A program made the translations under genes and the position numbers. Under the pieces are notes generated by a model. That model was not told the DNA's origin and did no database searches. It saw only the letters and a list, made by a program, of their open reading frames with translations. A stretch of DNA of 64,000 nucleotides from a virus. Positions within the stretch are counted from its first letter, which is position 1. Each line of letters begins with the position of its first letter. The stretch spans positions 541 through 64,540 of the IMG/VR virus record IMGVR_UViG_3300031911_000004. The stretch is one strand, 5' to 3'. This document shows positions 63,777 to 64,000 of the stretch, piece after piece.

Positions 63777-64000
63777 TTCGCGGCCTCCTCTTCAGGTTCA
63801 TAGCCAAAGCCATCGGTTGTCGTTGGGGTTGCGGATGCAGCAACTTCTGGCTCATCAGGCAAACTGAAAATAGGTGGCGCAACCGTGCCTTTTGGGCTCA
63901 CGTCACGCTCAGCCAGTTTGTCATCATCACGATCCAGGGCGTCGCGGAAGTCAGCCGAAAGCGGGAGCCACTTGGAAAGACGACGAAACACCGTCTTTTT
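63773..64000 (-). CDS. recT: RecT, C-terminal part (runs off window end)
   Basis: KTVFRRLSKWLPLS is the conserved RecT C-terminal motif. Confidence 0.85.
   Translation of the reverse strand, partial: KKTVFRRLSKWLPLSADFRDALDRDDDKLAERDVSPKGTVAPPIFSLPDEPEVAASATPTTTDGFGYEPEEEAAK

Noticed and set aside
1-64000. Diversity-generating retroelement or retron
   Set aside because: No reverse transcriptase motifs and no template/variable repeat pair noticed

Overview
The window is almost a whole podovirus-like dsDNA phage genome. A RecT gene is split across the two ends (N-terminus at 1-154, C-terminus at 63773-64000, both on the - strand), so the replicon is probably circular or terminally redundant and only slightly longer than 64 kb. 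Most genes lie on the - strand. Modules: recombination (RecE-like exonuclease, RecT); replication (DUF1376 initiator with internal iteron-like repeats, DnaB); DNA modification and nucleotide metabolism (two-frame EcoHK31I-type C5 methyltransferase, TGT/DpdA-like protein, MazG-like protein); homing endonucleases; TerS and an unusually long TerL; ejection proteins including a 3219-aa polyvalent-type protein; portal; lysis genes; a Tad2 (DUF2829) anti-defence protein; scaffold, N4-gp56-like major capsid, adaptor and tail nozzle. No integrase, DNA polymerase, RNA polymerase or tape-measure gene was recognised. SD-less A/C-rich leaders and a PVC-type secreted protein hint at a Verrucomicrobia/PVC host (inference). 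The most unusual observations are: (1) a non-coding RNA array at about 36.9-37.45 kb, with a tRNA-Leu-like fold closed by a perfect 21-bp stem and flanked by two copies of an unrecognised structured motif; (2) an adjacent small ORF that starts with a near copy of the capsid N-terminus; (3) a GDP-mannose 3,5-epimerase plus two-domain glycosyltransferase cassette inside the virion module; (4) three covarying mini-pseudoknots in gene leaders; (5) a family of promoters that would give leaderless mRNAs. All family assignments come from motif recognition by eye, not database searches.
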